A DNA stretch of 47,467 nt from an uncultured Paracraurococcus sp. GTDB lineage: Bacteria; Pseudomonadota; Alphaproteobacteria; Acetobacterales; Acetobacteraceae. Made by a program: the position numbers and the translations under genes. The stretch is taken from the NCBI GenBank assembly GCA_903896535.1, contig CAITYE010000400.1, positions 1 through 47,467 on the forward strand. The letters run 5' to 3'. The notes under the pieces are model-generated. The model had not been told where the DNA came from. It saw only the letters and a list, made by a program, of their open reading frames with translations, and searched no databases. This document shows, piece by piece, positions 1-10,437 of this stretch (position 1 is its first letter; each line of letters opens with the position of its first letter).

Positions 1-1
1 G

Positions 2-1774
2 ACGACCGAGGCCGGGACCGGCTTTGTCCACATCGCCCCCGGCCATGGTGAGGACGACTTCGACCTTGGCCGCGCGCACAACCTGACGGTGCCGGAGACG
101 GTGAACGACGACGGCACCTTCACCACGCAATCGCCGGGCTTTACTGGGCTGCACGTCTTCAAGGCGCATGACGCGGTCTATGCCGCCTGCGAAGCCGCCG
201 GCACGCTGGTCGCGAAATCGAAGCTCACGCACAGCTATCCGCATAGCTGGCGGTCGAAGAAGCCGGTGATCTTCCGCGCGACGCCACAATGGTTCATCGC
301 CATGGATGATGCGCGGCAGATCCGCGCCAAGGCGCTGGCGGCGATCGATGCCACGCATTTCGTGCCCGACCAGGGGCGCAACCGCATCGGCAGCATGGTC
401 GCCGCGCGGCCGGACTGGTGCATCAGCCGCCAGCGTGCCTGGGGCGTCCCCATCGCCGTCTTCGTCGAACGCGCCACCGGCCAGCCGCTGCGCGACCCTG
501 CGGTGCTGGACCGCATCATTGAGGCCTTCCGGACGGAAGGGGCGGATGCTTGGTACCAGCCCGGCGCGGCCGCCCGCTTCCTCGGCTCCGGGCGCGACCC
601 GGCGGCCTATGAGCAGGTAATGGACATCGTCGATGTCTGGTTCGAAAGCGGCTCCACCCATGCCTTCGTGCTGCCGGATCACGGCCTGCCCTTCCCGGCC
701 GATCTCTACCTGGAAGGCTCCGACCAGCATCGCGGCTGGTTCCATTCCTCGCTGTTGGAATCGGTCGGCACCAATGGTGTGGCACCCTTCCGCGCCATCC
801 TGACGCACGGCTTTGTCTTGGATGAGCAGGGGCGGAAGATGTCGAAGTCGCTCGGCAACGTCACCGCTCCGCAGGAGGCGATGAAGCAGTACGGCGCCGA
901 TATCCTCCGGCTTTGGGTGATGAACGCGGATACTGCCGAGGATCTGCGGATCGGACCGGAAATCCTCAAGCAGCAGGCGGAGCTGTACCGGCGCATCCGC
1001 AATACGCTGCGCTGGCTGCTGGGCAGTCTGAAGGACTTTGACCCGGCCGAGACAGTTCCCTATGCCGAACTGCCCGAGTTGGAGCGCTGGGTCCTCCACC
1101 GGCTGGGCGAGCTGGATGCCCGCATCCGCCGCGCGGCCGATGATTATGATTGGACCGGGGTCTTCCCCGAAATCCATAATTTCTGTGCCACTGATCTTTC
1201 GGCTTTTTACTTCGATATCCGCAAGGATGCGCTCTATTGCGACGCACCGGCCAGTGCGCGCCGGCGGGCGGCGCGCACCGTGCTGGATATCCTGCATCGC
1301 TGCCTCTGCACTTGGCTAGCGCCGGTGCTGGTCTTCACCGCCGAGGAAGCCTGGCTGGCCCGCTTCCCCGACGATACGGGCAGCGTCCACCTGATCGATT
1401 TCTTCTTCGTCCCGGAAGGCTGGAAGGATCCTACGCTGGCGGCGAAATGGACGCGGGTACGGGAAGTGCGCGGCGCGGTAACTGCCGCCCTCGAAGCCGC
1501 GCGGCGGGAAGGGCGGATCGGCGCCGCTCTGCAGGCCGCACCGCACCTCGCTTTGCCGGCCGCCGAGGCCGGGCTGCTCACTGCTGAGGGCTGGGCGGAG
1601 ACCTGTATCACCTCTGGCATGACGCTGGCTGCAGGGCCGGCGGTCGCGGCGCAGGTCGAACTGGCGCCTGGCACAAAATGCGAGCGCTGCTGGCGGGTGC
1701 TTCCCGAGGTCGGCGCCGCCGCCGTGCATCCCGGGCTCTGCCGCCGCTGCGAGGCAGTGGTTGAGGCGGCATGA
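2..1774 (+). CDS. ileS: Isoleucine--tRNA ligase, C-terminal part (5' end outside window)
   Basis: The frame is open from the window edge (TTEAGTGFVHIAPGHGEDDF...). It has the class-I KMSKS motif (GRKMSKSLGN) and a C-terminal CxxC...CxxC zinc finger (CERCW...CRRCE). Confidence 0.95.
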   Translation, partial: TTEAGTGFVHIAPGHGEDDFDLGRAHNLTVPETVNDDGTFTTQSPGFTGLHVFKAHDAVYAACEAAGTLVAKSKLTHSYPHSWRSKKPVIFRATPQWFIAMDDARQIRAKALAAIDATHFVPDQGRNRIGSMVAARPDWCISRQRAWGVPIAVFVERATGQPLRDPAVLDRIIEAFRTEGADAWYQPGAAARFLGSGRDPAAYEQVMDIVDVWFESGSTHAFVLPDHGLPFPADLYLEGSDQHRGWFHSSLLESVGTNGVAPFRAILTHGFVLDEQGRKMSKSLGNVTAPQEAMKQYGADILRLWVMNADTAEDLRIGPEILKQQAELYRRIRNTLRWLLGSLKDFDPAETVPYAELPELERWVLHRLGELDARIRRAADDYDWTGVFPEIHNFCATDLSAFYFDIRKDALYCDAPASARRRAARTVLDILHRCLCTWLAPVLVFTAEEAWLARFPDDTGSVHLIDFFFVPEGWKDPTLAAKWTRVREVRGAVTAALEAARREGRIGAALQAAPHLALPAAEAGLLTAEGWAETCITSGMTLAAGPAVAAQVELAPGTKCERCWRVLPEVGAAAVHPGLCRRCEAVVEAA

Positions 1775-2298
1775 GCAGCGCTGTGGCTGTTGCGCCCACC
1801 CGGCTCGGCCGGCTGCGCCAGGGCTTGCCGCTCGCGGCGCTGCTCCTGCTTGTCGATCAGGCCAGCAAATGGTGGGTGCTCCATAGCCTCGACCTCCCGG
1901 CGCGGGGCAATCAACCGGTGCTGGCGGCCGGGCCCTTCGGGCTCGACCTCACCATGGTCTGGAACCGCGGCGTGACCTTTGGCCTCCTTTCTGGGGATGG
2001 GCCGCTGAACCATCTCCTCCTCGCGCTGCTGGCCGGCGGCATCGCCCTGTTCCTGCTGCGCTGGATGGCGCGGGCGGAAACCCGCCTCGTGGCCCTCGCC
2101 CTGGGCGCCATCGTCGGCGGGGCCATCGGCAATGTCATCGACCGGCTGCGTTTCGGCGCGGTGGTGGATTTCCTCCGCGCCCATGCCTGGGGCTGGGATT
2201 GGTATGTCTTCAATATTGCCGATGCCGGGATCGTTTGCGGCGTTGCCGTCCTGCTGGCGGATGCCTTGTTCCGCCGCCCCGCCGGGCCTAAAGATTGA
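1771..2298 (+). CDS. lspA: Lipoprotein signal peptidase (signal peptidase II)
   Basis: 175 aa and hydrophobic, with the motifs NRGVTFGL and FNIADAGI. An ATGA overlap links it to the ileS stop, the usual ileS-lspA arrangement. Confidence 0.9.
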   Translation: MSSAVAVAPTRLGRLRQGLPLAALLLLVDQASKWWVLHSLDLPARGNQPVLAAGPFGLDLTMVWNRGVTFGLLSGDGPLNHLLLALLAGGIALFLLRWMARAETRLVALALGAIVGGAIGNVIDRLRFGAVVDFLRAHAWGWDWYVFNIADAGIVCGVAVLLADALFRRPAGPKD

Positions 2299-2302
2299 GA
2301 GT

Positions 2303-2878
2303 ATGAGCCCCCGCGCCCCCCTGCTGTCCGCGCTGGCTGCCCTGGCGCTCACCGCCTGCGGCACCAGCACCCAGCGTAGCTTCGGCTTCACCCGTGACGC
2401 CCCGGACGAGTTCCAAGTGACGACCCGGGCACCGCTTTCCATGCCACCGTCGATCGGTGAGCTGCCGACGCCGCAGCCCGGCAGCCCCCGGCCGAACGAG
2501 CTCTCGCCGCGGCAGGCGGCCGAGACCGCGCTGGTGCCCACCCTGGCGCTGAACCCCCGCGCCGGCCGCACCACCCGGCCCAGCTCCGCCGAGAACGCGC
2601 TGGTAGCCCAGGCTGGCCGGCCGACAAACCCGGATATCCGGGCCCAGGTAGACCGCGAAAGCCTGAAGCTCGACCAGCCCGATCGCGGCTTGGTTGATCG
2701 GCTAATGTTCTGGAAGGCGCCGGACGTGCCTGGGGCTGCTGTAGACAGCACGCGCGAAGCGGCCCGGCTGCGTGAGAACGCCGCCCTTGGCCGCGATGTT
2801 TCGGACGGTAGCACCCCGGTTATCCAGCGGACGCAAAGCAGCAATCCATTCCGCCGGGTCTGGGAAAGTATTTTCTGA
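2303..2878 (+). CDS. Pro-rich lipoprotein (DUF3035-like)
   Basis: The in-frame ATG at 2303 gives MSPRAPLLSALAALALTAC with a lipobox Cys. The ORF-track start at 2132 would overlap lspA. The family name is recalled, not verified. Confidence 0.7.
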   Translation: MSPRAPLLSALAALALTACGTSTQRSFGFTRDAPDEFQVTTRAPLSMPPSIGELPTPQPGSPRPNELSPRQAAETALVPTLALNPRAGRTTRPSSAENALVAQAGRPTNPDIRAQVDRESLKLDQPDRGLVDRLMFWKAPDVPGAAVDSTREAARLRENAALGRDVSDGSTPVIQRTQSSNPFRRVWESIF

Positions 2879-2927
2879 CGGCGTATGGCCGCGCGGCGGG
2901 ATTGGCAGGCGGCCGGGGGCGGCCCAC

Positions 2928-4334
2928 ATGCAAGTCATGCCCTCCATGACCCGCCGGACCACCATCGCCGCTGCTGCCGCCCTGCCGGCGACGCTTGTTG
3001 CCCCCGCCTTGCACGCCAGCCCGCCGGCCGCATCACCCGGCGACCGGCCGCTGTTCGGCGCCAGCGCCTGGACGCTGCCGAACGGGCTCCGCGTGGTCCT
3101 TGCGGAAAGCCGCCGGGTGCCGGTGGTGGCTCATTACCTGTTCTATGCCGCCGGTGCCGGCGAGGATGCGCCCGGCAAATCCGGCACTGCGCATTTCCTT
3201 GAGCACATGATGTTCAAGGGCAGCTCCAAGGTTGCCCCGGGCGCCTTCTCCCTCGTTGTCGCGCGCGAGGGAGGCCAGGACAATGCCTTTACCTCCCGCG
3301 ACGTCACCGCCTATCACCAGACGGTCGAGGCCTCACGCCTGCCCTTGGTCATGGGCATGGAGGCGGATCGCTTCGCCGGTCCGCTGCTGCCGCCCGAGAC
3401 CATCGAGCCGGAGCGATCGGTGATCCTCGAGGAGCGGCGTCAGCGTACCGATAGCAGCCCGCGCGCCCGCTTCTACGAAGCCTTCGAGGCAGCCCTATTC
3501 GGCCCGGAGAGCTGGCGCGGCCGGCCGATCATTGGTTGGGAAAGCGATATCCGGGCGATTGAACGCGATGACCTGCAGACCTTCTACAGCCGCCGCTACG
3601 CCCCCGGGAACGCCGTGCTGGTGGTGGCCGGCGACGTTACCGAGGCCCGCCTGCGCGCGTTGGTCGAGGAGCATTACGGGTCGATTCCCGCCCGTCCGGT
3701 CACGCCGCGCGATCGCGCCGCGCCAGCCGCGGCGCCGACCGAGGCGCGCTTGATCCGCCACGATCCGAATGTGCGGGAGGCGAGTTTCCTGCGCTCCGCC
3801 ATGGCGCCGACCTTGACCTGGGGCTCGCCGCAGGCGGCCTGGGCGCTGGAGGCGGTGGCGCATCTGCTGGGCGGTGGCCAGGGCAGCCGGATGCACCGGG
3901 CGCTGGTCGAGACCGGCCTGGCCACCTCGGCCGGTGCTGGCTTCGACAGCGAGGCCGTCGGGGTCGGCGCTTTCATGCTGAGCGCGACGCCGCGCCCCGA
4001 TGTGGCGCCCGAGCGGCTTGAGGTCGCCATCGATGCGCTGATCGACCGGCTGGTCCAGGAGGGGCCGAGCGAGGCCGAGCTGGCCCGCTCAATCCGCCAG
4101 ATGACCGCCGGCGCATTGCTCGCTCTCGATGGGCTCGGCGCCGCACCGCGGCTGCTCGGCAGCGCCTTGGCCTGCGGCTTGTCGCTGGAGACGGTGGAAT
4201 ACTGGCCGGCGCATCTGCGCGCCGTGACCCTGGCCCAGGCCACGGCCGCGCTGCGCGGCGTCTTCGCGGGAGCGCCGACGACGACCGGCTGGCTGCTGCC
4301 GGAAGGCGTCCCCGCCCCGCGAGGCCGGGCATGA
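2928..4334 (+). CDS. M16 (pitrilysin) family zinc peptidase, catalytic subunit
   Basis: Carries the HxxEH zinc motif (HFLEHMMFKG). The internal ATG at 2928 gives a signal-like N-terminus (MQVMPSMTRRTTIAAAAALPATLVAPALHA). Confidence 0.85.
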   Translation: MQVMPSMTRRTTIAAAAALPATLVAPALHASPPAASPGDRPLFGASAWTLPNGLRVVLAESRRVPVVAHYLFYAAGAGEDAPGKSGTAHFLEHMMFKGSSKVAPGAFSLVVAREGGQDNAFTSRDVTAYHQTVEASRLPLVMGMEADRFAGPLLPPETIEPERSVILEERRQRTDSSPRARFYEAFEAALFGPESWRGRPIIGWESDIRAIERDDLQTFYSRRYAPGNAVLVVAGDVTEARLRALVEEHYGSIPARPVTPRDRAAPAAAPTEARLIRHDPNVREASFLRSAMAPTLTWGSPQAAWALEAVAHLLGGGQGSRMHRALVETGLATSAGAGFDSEAVGVGAFMLSATPRPDVAPERLEVAIDALIDRLVQEGPSEAELARSIRQMTAGALLALDGLGAAPRLLGSALACGLSLETVEYWPAHLRAVTLAQATAALRGVFAGAPTTTGWLLPEGVPAPRGRA

Positions 4335-5596
4335 GCGACGCCACGCCGAGCGGCTTTTCGCTCCCCATCCAAACCGTTGCCGCGGGCGGAATCAACGCCT
4401 GGCTGGTTGAGGACCACGCCGTCCCCGTCGTCTCCATCGCTTGGTCCTGGCCGGGTGGCGCGGCGCTGGACCCGCCAGGCCAGGAAGGGGCGGCCGCCTT
4501 TGCCGCGGCGATGCTGCTGGAAGGCGCTGGGACGTTGCCGGCAACCGAGTTCGCCGATGCGCTGCGCGATACGGCGATCGGGCTCTCCTTTGGCGCCGAC
4601 CGCGACAGTTTTGAAGGCGGCTTTCGCTGCCTGACCCAGGCGTTGCCAGAGGCGATACGCCTCGCCCGCCTGGCCATGCGGTCGCCACGGTTCGATGCTG
4701 ACGCTCTGACCCGCGTGCGCGCGCGTGGTGTCGCCGCCGCCCGCCGGGCGTTGGAGACGCCGCGTGGACAGGCGGCCCGCGCCTTCTGGGCGGCGGCCTA
4801 TCCTGACCATCCCGCTGGGCGTTCGGTAAGCGGTACGCCGGAGAGCTTGGCGGCCATGCCGGCCGAGGCGCTGCCGGCGGTGCTCGCACGCCAGCTCCGC
4901 CAGGACGGCCTGCTGGTCGCCGTCGCTGGCGACATCACCGCGGCTGAACTCACATCCTGGCTCGGCCAGCTTTTCGCCGACCTGCCGCCCGGTGCGCCGC
5001 CCGCCCCGGCACGGCTGCCGGCCTTCCGCGACTTTGGTACTAAGGTGATCGAGGTTGCCTCGCCACAATCCTCGGTGATTTTCGGCCAGGATGGCCTCGC
5101 TGCCCGCGATCCGGACTGGGAGGCGGCGCAGGTCGTCCTCCGCATCCTGGCCGGCGGCGGCTTCGCCTCGCGGCTTATGCATGCGGTGCGGGAGACGCGC
5201 GGCCTTGCCTATGGCATCGGCGCGGGGCTCGATCTGGTCTTCGGCGAAGGCGTCATCATCGGCTCGGTCGCCACCGAGAATGCGCGGGTGGCGGAGACGA
5301 TGAAAGTCACGCGTGACGAATGGGCGCGCATGGCCAAGGACGGGCCGACCGAAGCGGAACGGGCGGACGCGCTTGCCTATCTGACCGGCTCGATGCCGCT
5401 GCAATTCACCGATAGCCGTCGCATCGCCGACACGCTTCTGGCGCTCCGCCGCAATGATCGGCCGCTGGATTGGCTGGCCAATCGCCCGGCGCGGCTCGCT
5501 GCGCTTGATCAGGCACGATTGGCGGCGGTCGCCCGCCGGCTGCTGCGGCCGGAGGCCCTGGCGGCGGTCGTCGCCGGGCAGCCGCAAGGGCTGTAG
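4331..5596 (+). CDS. M16 family peptidase-like protein lacking the HxxEH motif (non-catalytic partner)
   Basis: 421 aa with an M16-like fold signature. The position equivalent to HxxEH reads AFAAAMLLEG. An ATGA overlap links it to the upstream M16 gene. Confidence 0.85.
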   Translation: MSDATPSGFSLPIQTVAAGGINAWLVEDHAVPVVSIAWSWPGGAALDPPGQEGAAAFAAAMLLEGAGTLPATEFADALRDTAIGLSFGADRDSFEGGFRCLTQALPEAIRLARLAMRSPRFDADALTRVRARGVAAARRALETPRGQAARAFWAAAYPDHPAGRSVSGTPESLAAMPAEALPAVLARQLRQDGLLVAVAGDITAAELTSWLGQLFADLPPGAPPAPARLPAFRDFGTKVIEVASPQSSVIFGQDGLAARDPDWEAAQVVLRILAGGGFASRLMHAVRETRGLAYGIGAGLDLVFGEGVIIGSVATENARVAETMKVTRDEWARMAKDGPTEAERADALAYLTGSMPLQFTDSRRIADTLLALRRNDRPLDWLANRPARLAALDQARLAAVARRLLRPEALAAVVAGQPQGL

Positions 5597-5643
5597 ACGC
5601 CGGCGCCTGCCCAGCCTATCCGACAGGTGGGGGGGAGGCAGGC

Positions 5644-7326
5644 ATGTCAGGAGAAGCGGCTCTGGGCACGCCGGCCCTGGTCACGGCGGCCTGGGCAGAA
5701 ATTGCGCGGCTGGCTGCCACACAGCGCGCGGATGGCAGCCCTCCGTCCAGCATCCGCCCGCTCTTTGCTGCCGCGCCGGACCGCTTCGCGCGTTTTTCGC
5801 GCCGCTTGGATGGGCTGTTGCTCGATTTCTCCAAGACCGCGATCGATGATCGCGTGCTGGCGGCCCTTCTTGAACTCGCCCGGGTGCAGGACGTCGCGGG
5901 CCAGCGCGCCGCCATGGCCGCTGGCCAGGCGATCAATGCGACCGAGCGCCGCGCCGTGCTGCACCTGGCGCTGCGCGCGGCACCAGGCGAGGCCTATCAT
6001 CAGCGGGGTGCCGACGGTGTTATCCAGCCGGTAGCCACTTCGGTCGCCGAGACGCTGGCGCGGATGCGGGCGTTCTGCGCCGCGGTGCATGGCGGCACGC
6101 TGCGGAGTCCGTCCGGGGAACGCTTTACCGATGTGGTGAATATCGGCATTGGCGGCTCGGATCTCGGCCCGGCCATGGTCACCCGCGCGCTGTGGACGCC
6201 GGGGGCGCCGCTCAGGGCGCATTACCTGGCGAATGTCGATGCGCATGCCTGGGCGGCGCTGGCACCCCGCCTCGATCCGCGCCGCACTCTGGTGCTGATC
6301 GCCTCCAAGACCTTCACGACGCAGGAGACGATGGCCAATGCGGCGCTGGTGCGCGACTGGCTCCGCGCCGCGCTGGGGCCGGATCCGGCGCTGCCGCTTG
6401 CAGCACTGTCGACCAACCTGGATGCAGCGGCGGCCTTTGGCATCGCTCCCGCGCATGTCTTTCCCTTCGCGGACTGGGTCGGCGGGCGCTTCTCCCTCTG
6501 GTCGACGATTGGACTATCCATCGCGCTTGCGCTCGGCTGGGAGGCCTTCGCCGCGCTGCTCGAGGGCGCGCGAGCGATGGATGCGCATTTCCTCGCCGCG
6601 CCGGAGGAGGCGAACCTGCCGCTGCTGCTGGCGCTGGTCGAACTGTGGCACGTCAACGGTCTCGGTTATCCGGCCCGCGCCGTGTTGCCCTATGACGAAC
6701 GCTTGGCCAGGTTAACGGCACATCTCCAGCAGCTGGAGATGGAAAGCCTCGGCAAGCGGGTGACCCTGACCGGCGCGGCGTTGACGCGGGCCAGCGGGCC
6801 CGTGGTGTTTGGGGAGCCGGGCACTAATGCCCAGCACAGCTTCATGCAGCTGCTGCACCAGGGTACGACGCCTGTGCCCTGCGACATCCTGCTGGTGCGC
6901 GCGCCGGATCACGCCTACGCCGAGAACCATCGGATGCTGCTCGCCAACGGCCTCGCCCAGGCGGAGGCGCTGCTGCGGGGCAAGGATGCCGAGGCGGTGC
7001 GGGCGGAGATGGCCGCGGCCGGGGCCAGTGAGGCCGAGATCACGCGGCTGCTGCCGCACAAGATCTTCCCCGGCGACCGGCCATCCGTGACGCTGATACT
7101 GCCGCGGCTTTCCCCCTTCACCCTTGGGCAGCTCGTGGCACTCTATGAGCACAAGGTCTTCTGCCTTGGCGCGCTTTGGGACATCAACGCCTTCGACCAA
7201 TGGGGGGTGGAGCTCGGCAAGCAGCTCTGCGGACCGCTCCTCGCGGCGCTCGCGCCGGGCGCGCCCATGACGGTCGGGCATGACGGCTCTACCGCTGGGC
7301 TGCTGCGGGCGCTCCAAGAGGGCTGA
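5644..7326 (+). CDS. pgi: Glucose-6-phosphate isomerase
   Basis: 560 aa with PGI signatures (NIGIGGSDLGPAM, ASKTFTTQET). A G-rich SD lies upstream of the ATG. Confidence 0.95.
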   Translation: MSGEAALGTPALVTAAWAEIARLAATQRADGSPPSSIRPLFAAAPDRFARFSRRLDGLLLDFSKTAIDDRVLAALLELARVQDVAGQRAAMAAGQAINATERRAVLHLALRAAPGEAYHQRGADGVIQPVATSVAETLARMRAFCAAVHGGTLRSPSGERFTDVVNIGIGGSDLGPAMVTRALWTPGAPLRAHYLANVDAHAWAALAPRLDPRRTLVLIASKTFTTQETMANAALVRDWLRAALGPDPALPLAALSTNLDAAAAFGIAPAHVFPFADWVGGRFSLWSTIGLSIALALGWEAFAALLEGARAMDAHFLAAPEEANLPLLLALVELWHVNGLGYPARAVLPYDERLARLTAHLQQLEMESLGKRVTLTGAALTRASGPVVFGEPGTNAQHSFMQLLHQGTTPVPCDILLVRAPDHAYAENHRMLLANGLAQAEALLRGKDAEAVRAEMAAAGASEAEITRLLPHKIFPGDRPSVTLILPRLSPFTLGQLVALYEHKVFCLGALWDINAFDQWGVELGKQLCGPLLAALAPGAPMTVGHDGSTAGLLRALQEG

Positions 7327-7356
7327 AGCCCGATGCCGCTTGGGCTAGGATGTCCC

Positions 7357-9135
7357 ATGCCGATTCGGCTCCTCCCCGAGACGACCGCCAACCGCATCGC
7401 CGCCGGCGAGGTGGTGGAGCGCCCGGCTGCCGTGGTGAAGGAGCTGGTCGAGAACGCGCTCGATGCTGGGGCGCGGCGGATTACAGTGACGCTAGAAGGC
7501 GGTGGGATCGACCGGGTGCTGGTCGAGGATGACGGCCATGGCATGCCGCCCGAGGATCTGGCGCTTGCGGTCGAGCGCCACGCCACCTCCAAGCTTGCCG
7601 AGGAGGCAATGCTGTTCCGCATCGCGACCCTGGGCTTCCGGGGCGAGGCGCTGCCCTCCATAGGCGCCGTTGCTCGGCTGACCCTCACCAGTCGGCCGGC
7701 CGGCGGCGATGCGCATGCCCTGATGGTCGAAGCCGGGCGCAAGGGCGCGGTGATGCCGGCCTCAGGCGCGCCCGGGACCCGGGTCGAGATGCGCGACCTG
7801 TTCCACGCCGTGCCGGCGCGGCGAAAATTCCTAAAAAGCGCGCGCGCTGAGGCGGAGGCTGCGATCGAGACGCTGCGCCGCCTTGCAATGGCTTGGCCGG
7901 AGGTGGGGTTCCGCGTGCTGAACGAGGGGCGTGAGGCGCTGGTGCTGCCGCCGGCGGATCGCAATGGGCGCATCGCGGCCCTGTTCGGCGCCGATTTCGC
8001 CGCGGCTGCGCTGCCGGTCGAGGCGAGCGGCAGCGGCGCCCTGACGCTGGTCGGGCAGGCGGCACAGCCGGCCTATACCCGGGCGACGGCCTCTGAGCAG
8101 CATCTGGTGGTCAATCGGCGCCCTGTGCGTGACCCGCTGCTCCGCGTCGCGCTACGCGTCGCCTATCGCGAAGTGATCGCCGCCGGCCGGCATCCGGCGG
8201 CGGCGCTCTTCCTCGACCTGCCGCCAGATGCGGTCGATGTGAACGTGCATCCGATGAAGACTGAGCTGCGCTTCCGTGACGAGGCGGCGGTGCGTGGCTT
8301 TCTGATCTCGGCGCTGCGCCGGGCACTGGGCATCGGGGCAGGCGGGGCCTCGACCGCACCGGCCCTGACCCAATATCGACCTGCGTTGGGTGGTTGGTCG
8401 GGCTGGCGGCCGCGCGAGCCTGCGCCCGCCAGCACGGCCAGTGGTCTGGCCGAATTGCAACTGGCCCTGGCGCCTGCGGGGATGCGCCCGCTGGCACCGG
8501 CCGAAGCGGGGCCCGAGGCGGCGATCACGGCCGATCCGGCCACCGCCGCCGCGCAGCCGCTCGGCCGGCCGCTCGGGCAATTGCTTGAGACCTATATCCT
8601 CGCGGAGGCGCCGGATGGGGCGCTGGTGCTGGTGGATCAACATGCTGCCCATGAGCGGCTGACGCATGAGGCGCTGCACGCCCAGCTGATAGCCGGCGGG
8701 GTTCGGTCGCAGCCGCTGCTGCTGCCGGGGGTGGTCGAATTGCCGGCAGGGGATTGCGCCCGGCTATTGGAATTCGCCGAGCCGCTTGGTCGGTTGGGGC
8801 TGGAAATCGAGGGCTTCGGCCCCGGCGCGATCCTGGTGCGGGCCTTGCCCGCGCTGCTGGGCCCGGCCGATCCGGCACCGTTGCTGCGCGATCTTGCTGC
8901 CGAACTGACTGAGACGCACGAGGCGCTCTCGCTCGCCGCCCGGCTGGATGCGGCAATCGCCCGGCTGGCGTGCCATGGCTCGATCCGCGCCGGGCGGCGG
9001 CTCACCCCGCCGGAGATGGCGGCGTTGCTGCGGCAGATGGAGCAGACCCCGCGGGCGGCGACCTGCTCGCATGGTCGGCCGACCTTCCTGCGCCTGGGCG
9101 CCGCTGAGCTGGAGCGGATGTTCGGCCGACGGTGA
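7357..9135 (+). CDS. mutL: DNA mismatch repair protein MutL
   Basis: The N-terminus MPIRLLPETTANRIAAGEVVERPAAVVKELVENALDAG is the GHKL ATPase motif. The ATG at 7357 has an AGGA 6 nt upstream, so I prefer it to 7333. Confidence 0.93.
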   Translation: MPIRLLPETTANRIAAGEVVERPAAVVKELVENALDAGARRITVTLEGGGIDRVLVEDDGHGMPPEDLALAVERHATSKLAEEAMLFRIATLGFRGEALPSIGAVARLTLTSRPAGGDAHALMVEAGRKGAVMPASGAPGTRVEMRDLFHAVPARRKFLKSARAEAEAAIETLRRLAMAWPEVGFRVLNEGREALVLPPADRNGRIAALFGADFAAAALPVEASGSGALTLVGQAAQPAYTRATASEQHLVVNRRPVRDPLLRVALRVAYREVIAAGRHPAAALFLDLPPDAVDVNVHPMKTELRFRDEAAVRGFLISALRRALGIGAGGASTAPALTQYRPALGGWSGWRPREPAPASTASGLAELQLALAPAGMRPLAPAEAGPEAAITADPATAAAQPLGRPLGQLLETYILAEAPDGALVLVDQHAAHERLTHEALHAQLIAGGVRSQPLLLPGVVELPAGDCARLLEFAEPLGRLGLEIEGFGPGAILVRALPALLGPADPAPLLRDLAAELTETHEALSLAARLDAAIARLACHGSIRAGRRLTPPEMAALLRQMEQTPRAATCSHGRPTFLRLGAAELERMFGRR

Positions 9136-9146
9136 GTGATACCAAC

Positions 9147-9169
9147 GGCACGAGGCGTTGATTCGTGCC
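9147..9169 (+). terminator. GC hairpin 11 nt after the mutL stop (ggcacga-N9-tcgtgcc)
   Basis: A 7-bp stem read directly. It has no clear U-tract. It shares the cggcacgagg / gtgcc(a/g)agcgcc motifs with hairpins at 35522 and 42509. Confidence 0.35.
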
Positions 9170-9264
9170 AAGCGCCCGAATGGGTGCCGCGCCCCAAGCC
9201 GCGCAGCCCAGGAAAACGGGGGTTTTCGCCTGGCAAATGAGGGCCAGAAAAAACTTATATGAGC

Positions 9265-9281
9265 GGCCAAAAAATTTGGCC
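9265..9281 (-). terminator. AT-rich hairpin ggccaaa-aaa-tttggcc between convergent mutL and queG
   Basis: A 7-bp stem 16 nt downstream of the queG stop. On the minus strand a T-run (gttttttc) follows about 10 nt later. The stem is weak. Confidence 0.3.
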
Positions 9282-9296
9282 ACTTGCACGAGCCGT

Positions 9297-10334
9297 TCAG
9301 CCGGCCACTGAAAGGCGTAGCACCGCCCATCGGGCGGCCTCGGCGACTACCGGATCGGCATCCTCGGTCAGGGCGCGGGCGGCCTCGGCCAGCCCGGGCA
9401 GGCCGGAATTGCCAATGGCGATCAGCACGTTGCGCACGAAGCGATCGCGCCCGATGCGCTTGATCGGGCTGCCGGCGAAGAGCGCGCGAAACGCCGCATC
9501 GTCCAGCCTGGCGAGGTCGGTTAGCCGCGGCGCAGTCAGTTCGGCGCGTGGGGCGAAGGCGGGCTCGTGATGGCTTTGCGCGAATTTGTTCCAGGGACAG
9601 ACGGCCAGGCAATCGTCACAGCCATAGATGCGATTGCCCATCGCCGGACGCAGCGCCTCCGGGATCGGCCCGCGATGCTCGATGGTGAGGTAGGAGATGC
9701 AGCGGCGGGCATCCAGCCGATAGGGCGCGGGGAAGGCATCGGTCGGGCAGGCCCGCAGGCAGGCGTCGCAGCTGCCGCAATGGTCGGCCTCGGCCGCGTC
9801 CGGGGCGAGATCGAGGCTGGTGAAGATTTCGCCGAGGAACAGCCAGGAGCCATGCGCGCGAGAGACGAGGTTGGTGTGCTTGCCCTGCCAGCCGAGCCCG
9901 GCCGCCTGCGCCAGCGGCTTCTCCATCACCGGTGCAGTATCCACGAAGACCTTGAGCGCGCTGCCCCTGAAGCGGTGCGCCATCCATTGGCCGATCTGCT
10001 TCAGCCGCGCCTTCACAACGTCATGGTAGTCGCGGTTGCGAGCATAGACGCTGATGGTCGCGCGGTCGCGTCGCGACAGCGTCGCCAGGGGATCGCTGTC
10101 GGGTGCGTAGGTCAGGCCCAGGCAGATCACGCTGGCTGCTTCGGGCCAGAGCGCGCGGGGGTGCGCCCGCTGCTCGGCGCGCGATTCCATCCAGCCCATG
10201 CCGCCATGCTGTCCCTCCGCCAGGAAGCGCATCAAGCGGGCGCGCGTTTCCGGCGCGAGGTCGGCGCGCGCGAAGCCCACGGCGTCGAAGCCGATCTCGA
10301 GCGCCTTGGCGCGGATGTCGTGGCGGGGATTCAT
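9297..10334 (-). CDS. queG: Epoxyqueuosine reductase
   Basis: 345 aa with a ferredoxin-type motif ([16 protein letters not shown]), a second Cys cluster ([13 protein letters not shown]) and typical QueG length and N-terminus. Confidence 0.9.
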   Translation of the reverse strand: MNPRHDIRAKALEIGFDAVGFARADLAPETRARLMRFLAEGQHGGMGWMESRAEQRAHPRALWPEAASVICLGLTYAPDSDPLATLSRRDRATISVYARNRDYHDVVKARLKQIGQWMAHRFRGSALKVFVDTAPVMEKPLAQAAGLGWQGKHTNLVSRAHGSWLFLGEIFTSLDLAPDAAEADHCGSCDACLRACPTDAFPAPYRLDARRCISYLTIEHRGPIPEALRPAMGNRIYGCDDCLAVCPWNKFAQSHHEPAFAPRAELTAPRLTDLARLDDAAFRALFAGSPIKRIGRDRFVRNVLIAIGNSGLPGLAEAARALTEDADPVVAEAARWAVLRLSVAG

Positions 10335-10386
10335 GGCGAGGGAAGCTTATAGCGCAGATGGGACCGGGGCGGAGCATTGTCGATAT

Positions 10387-10434
10387 GCGAAGAATTCTTC
10401 CTTGACGGAGCAGACAACCGCGAAGTATTCTTCG
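10387..10434 (+). promoter_or_regulatory. Putative marR promoter with two palindromic operator-like sites
   Basis: Site 1 is gcGAAGAATTCTTC (10387-10400), whose 12-bp core is a perfect palindrome. Site 2 is gcGAAGTATTCTTCg (10420-10434), palindromic in 5 of 6 pairs. The sites are 33 bp apart. TTGACG (10402-10407) and TATTCT (10426-10431) are separated by 18 nt, and the marR ATG (10438) starts 7 nt after the -10. Confidence 0.45.
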
Positions 10435-10437
10435 TAT

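Noticed and set aside
3674-5587. Very long antisense ORFs opposite well-supported genes. Examples: 1234-2844(-), 3674-5587(-), 12487-13650(+), 15729-17315(-), 16939-19008(-), 26529-27599(-), 34031-35353(+), 42387-43703(+), 44345-45274(+), 45344-46318(+), 46252-47280(+).
   Set aside because: Their translations are Arg/Ala/Gly/Pro-rich with no recognisable motifs. Each lies opposite a gene with strong family signatures. They are typical stop-codon-poor shadow frames of high-GC DNA.
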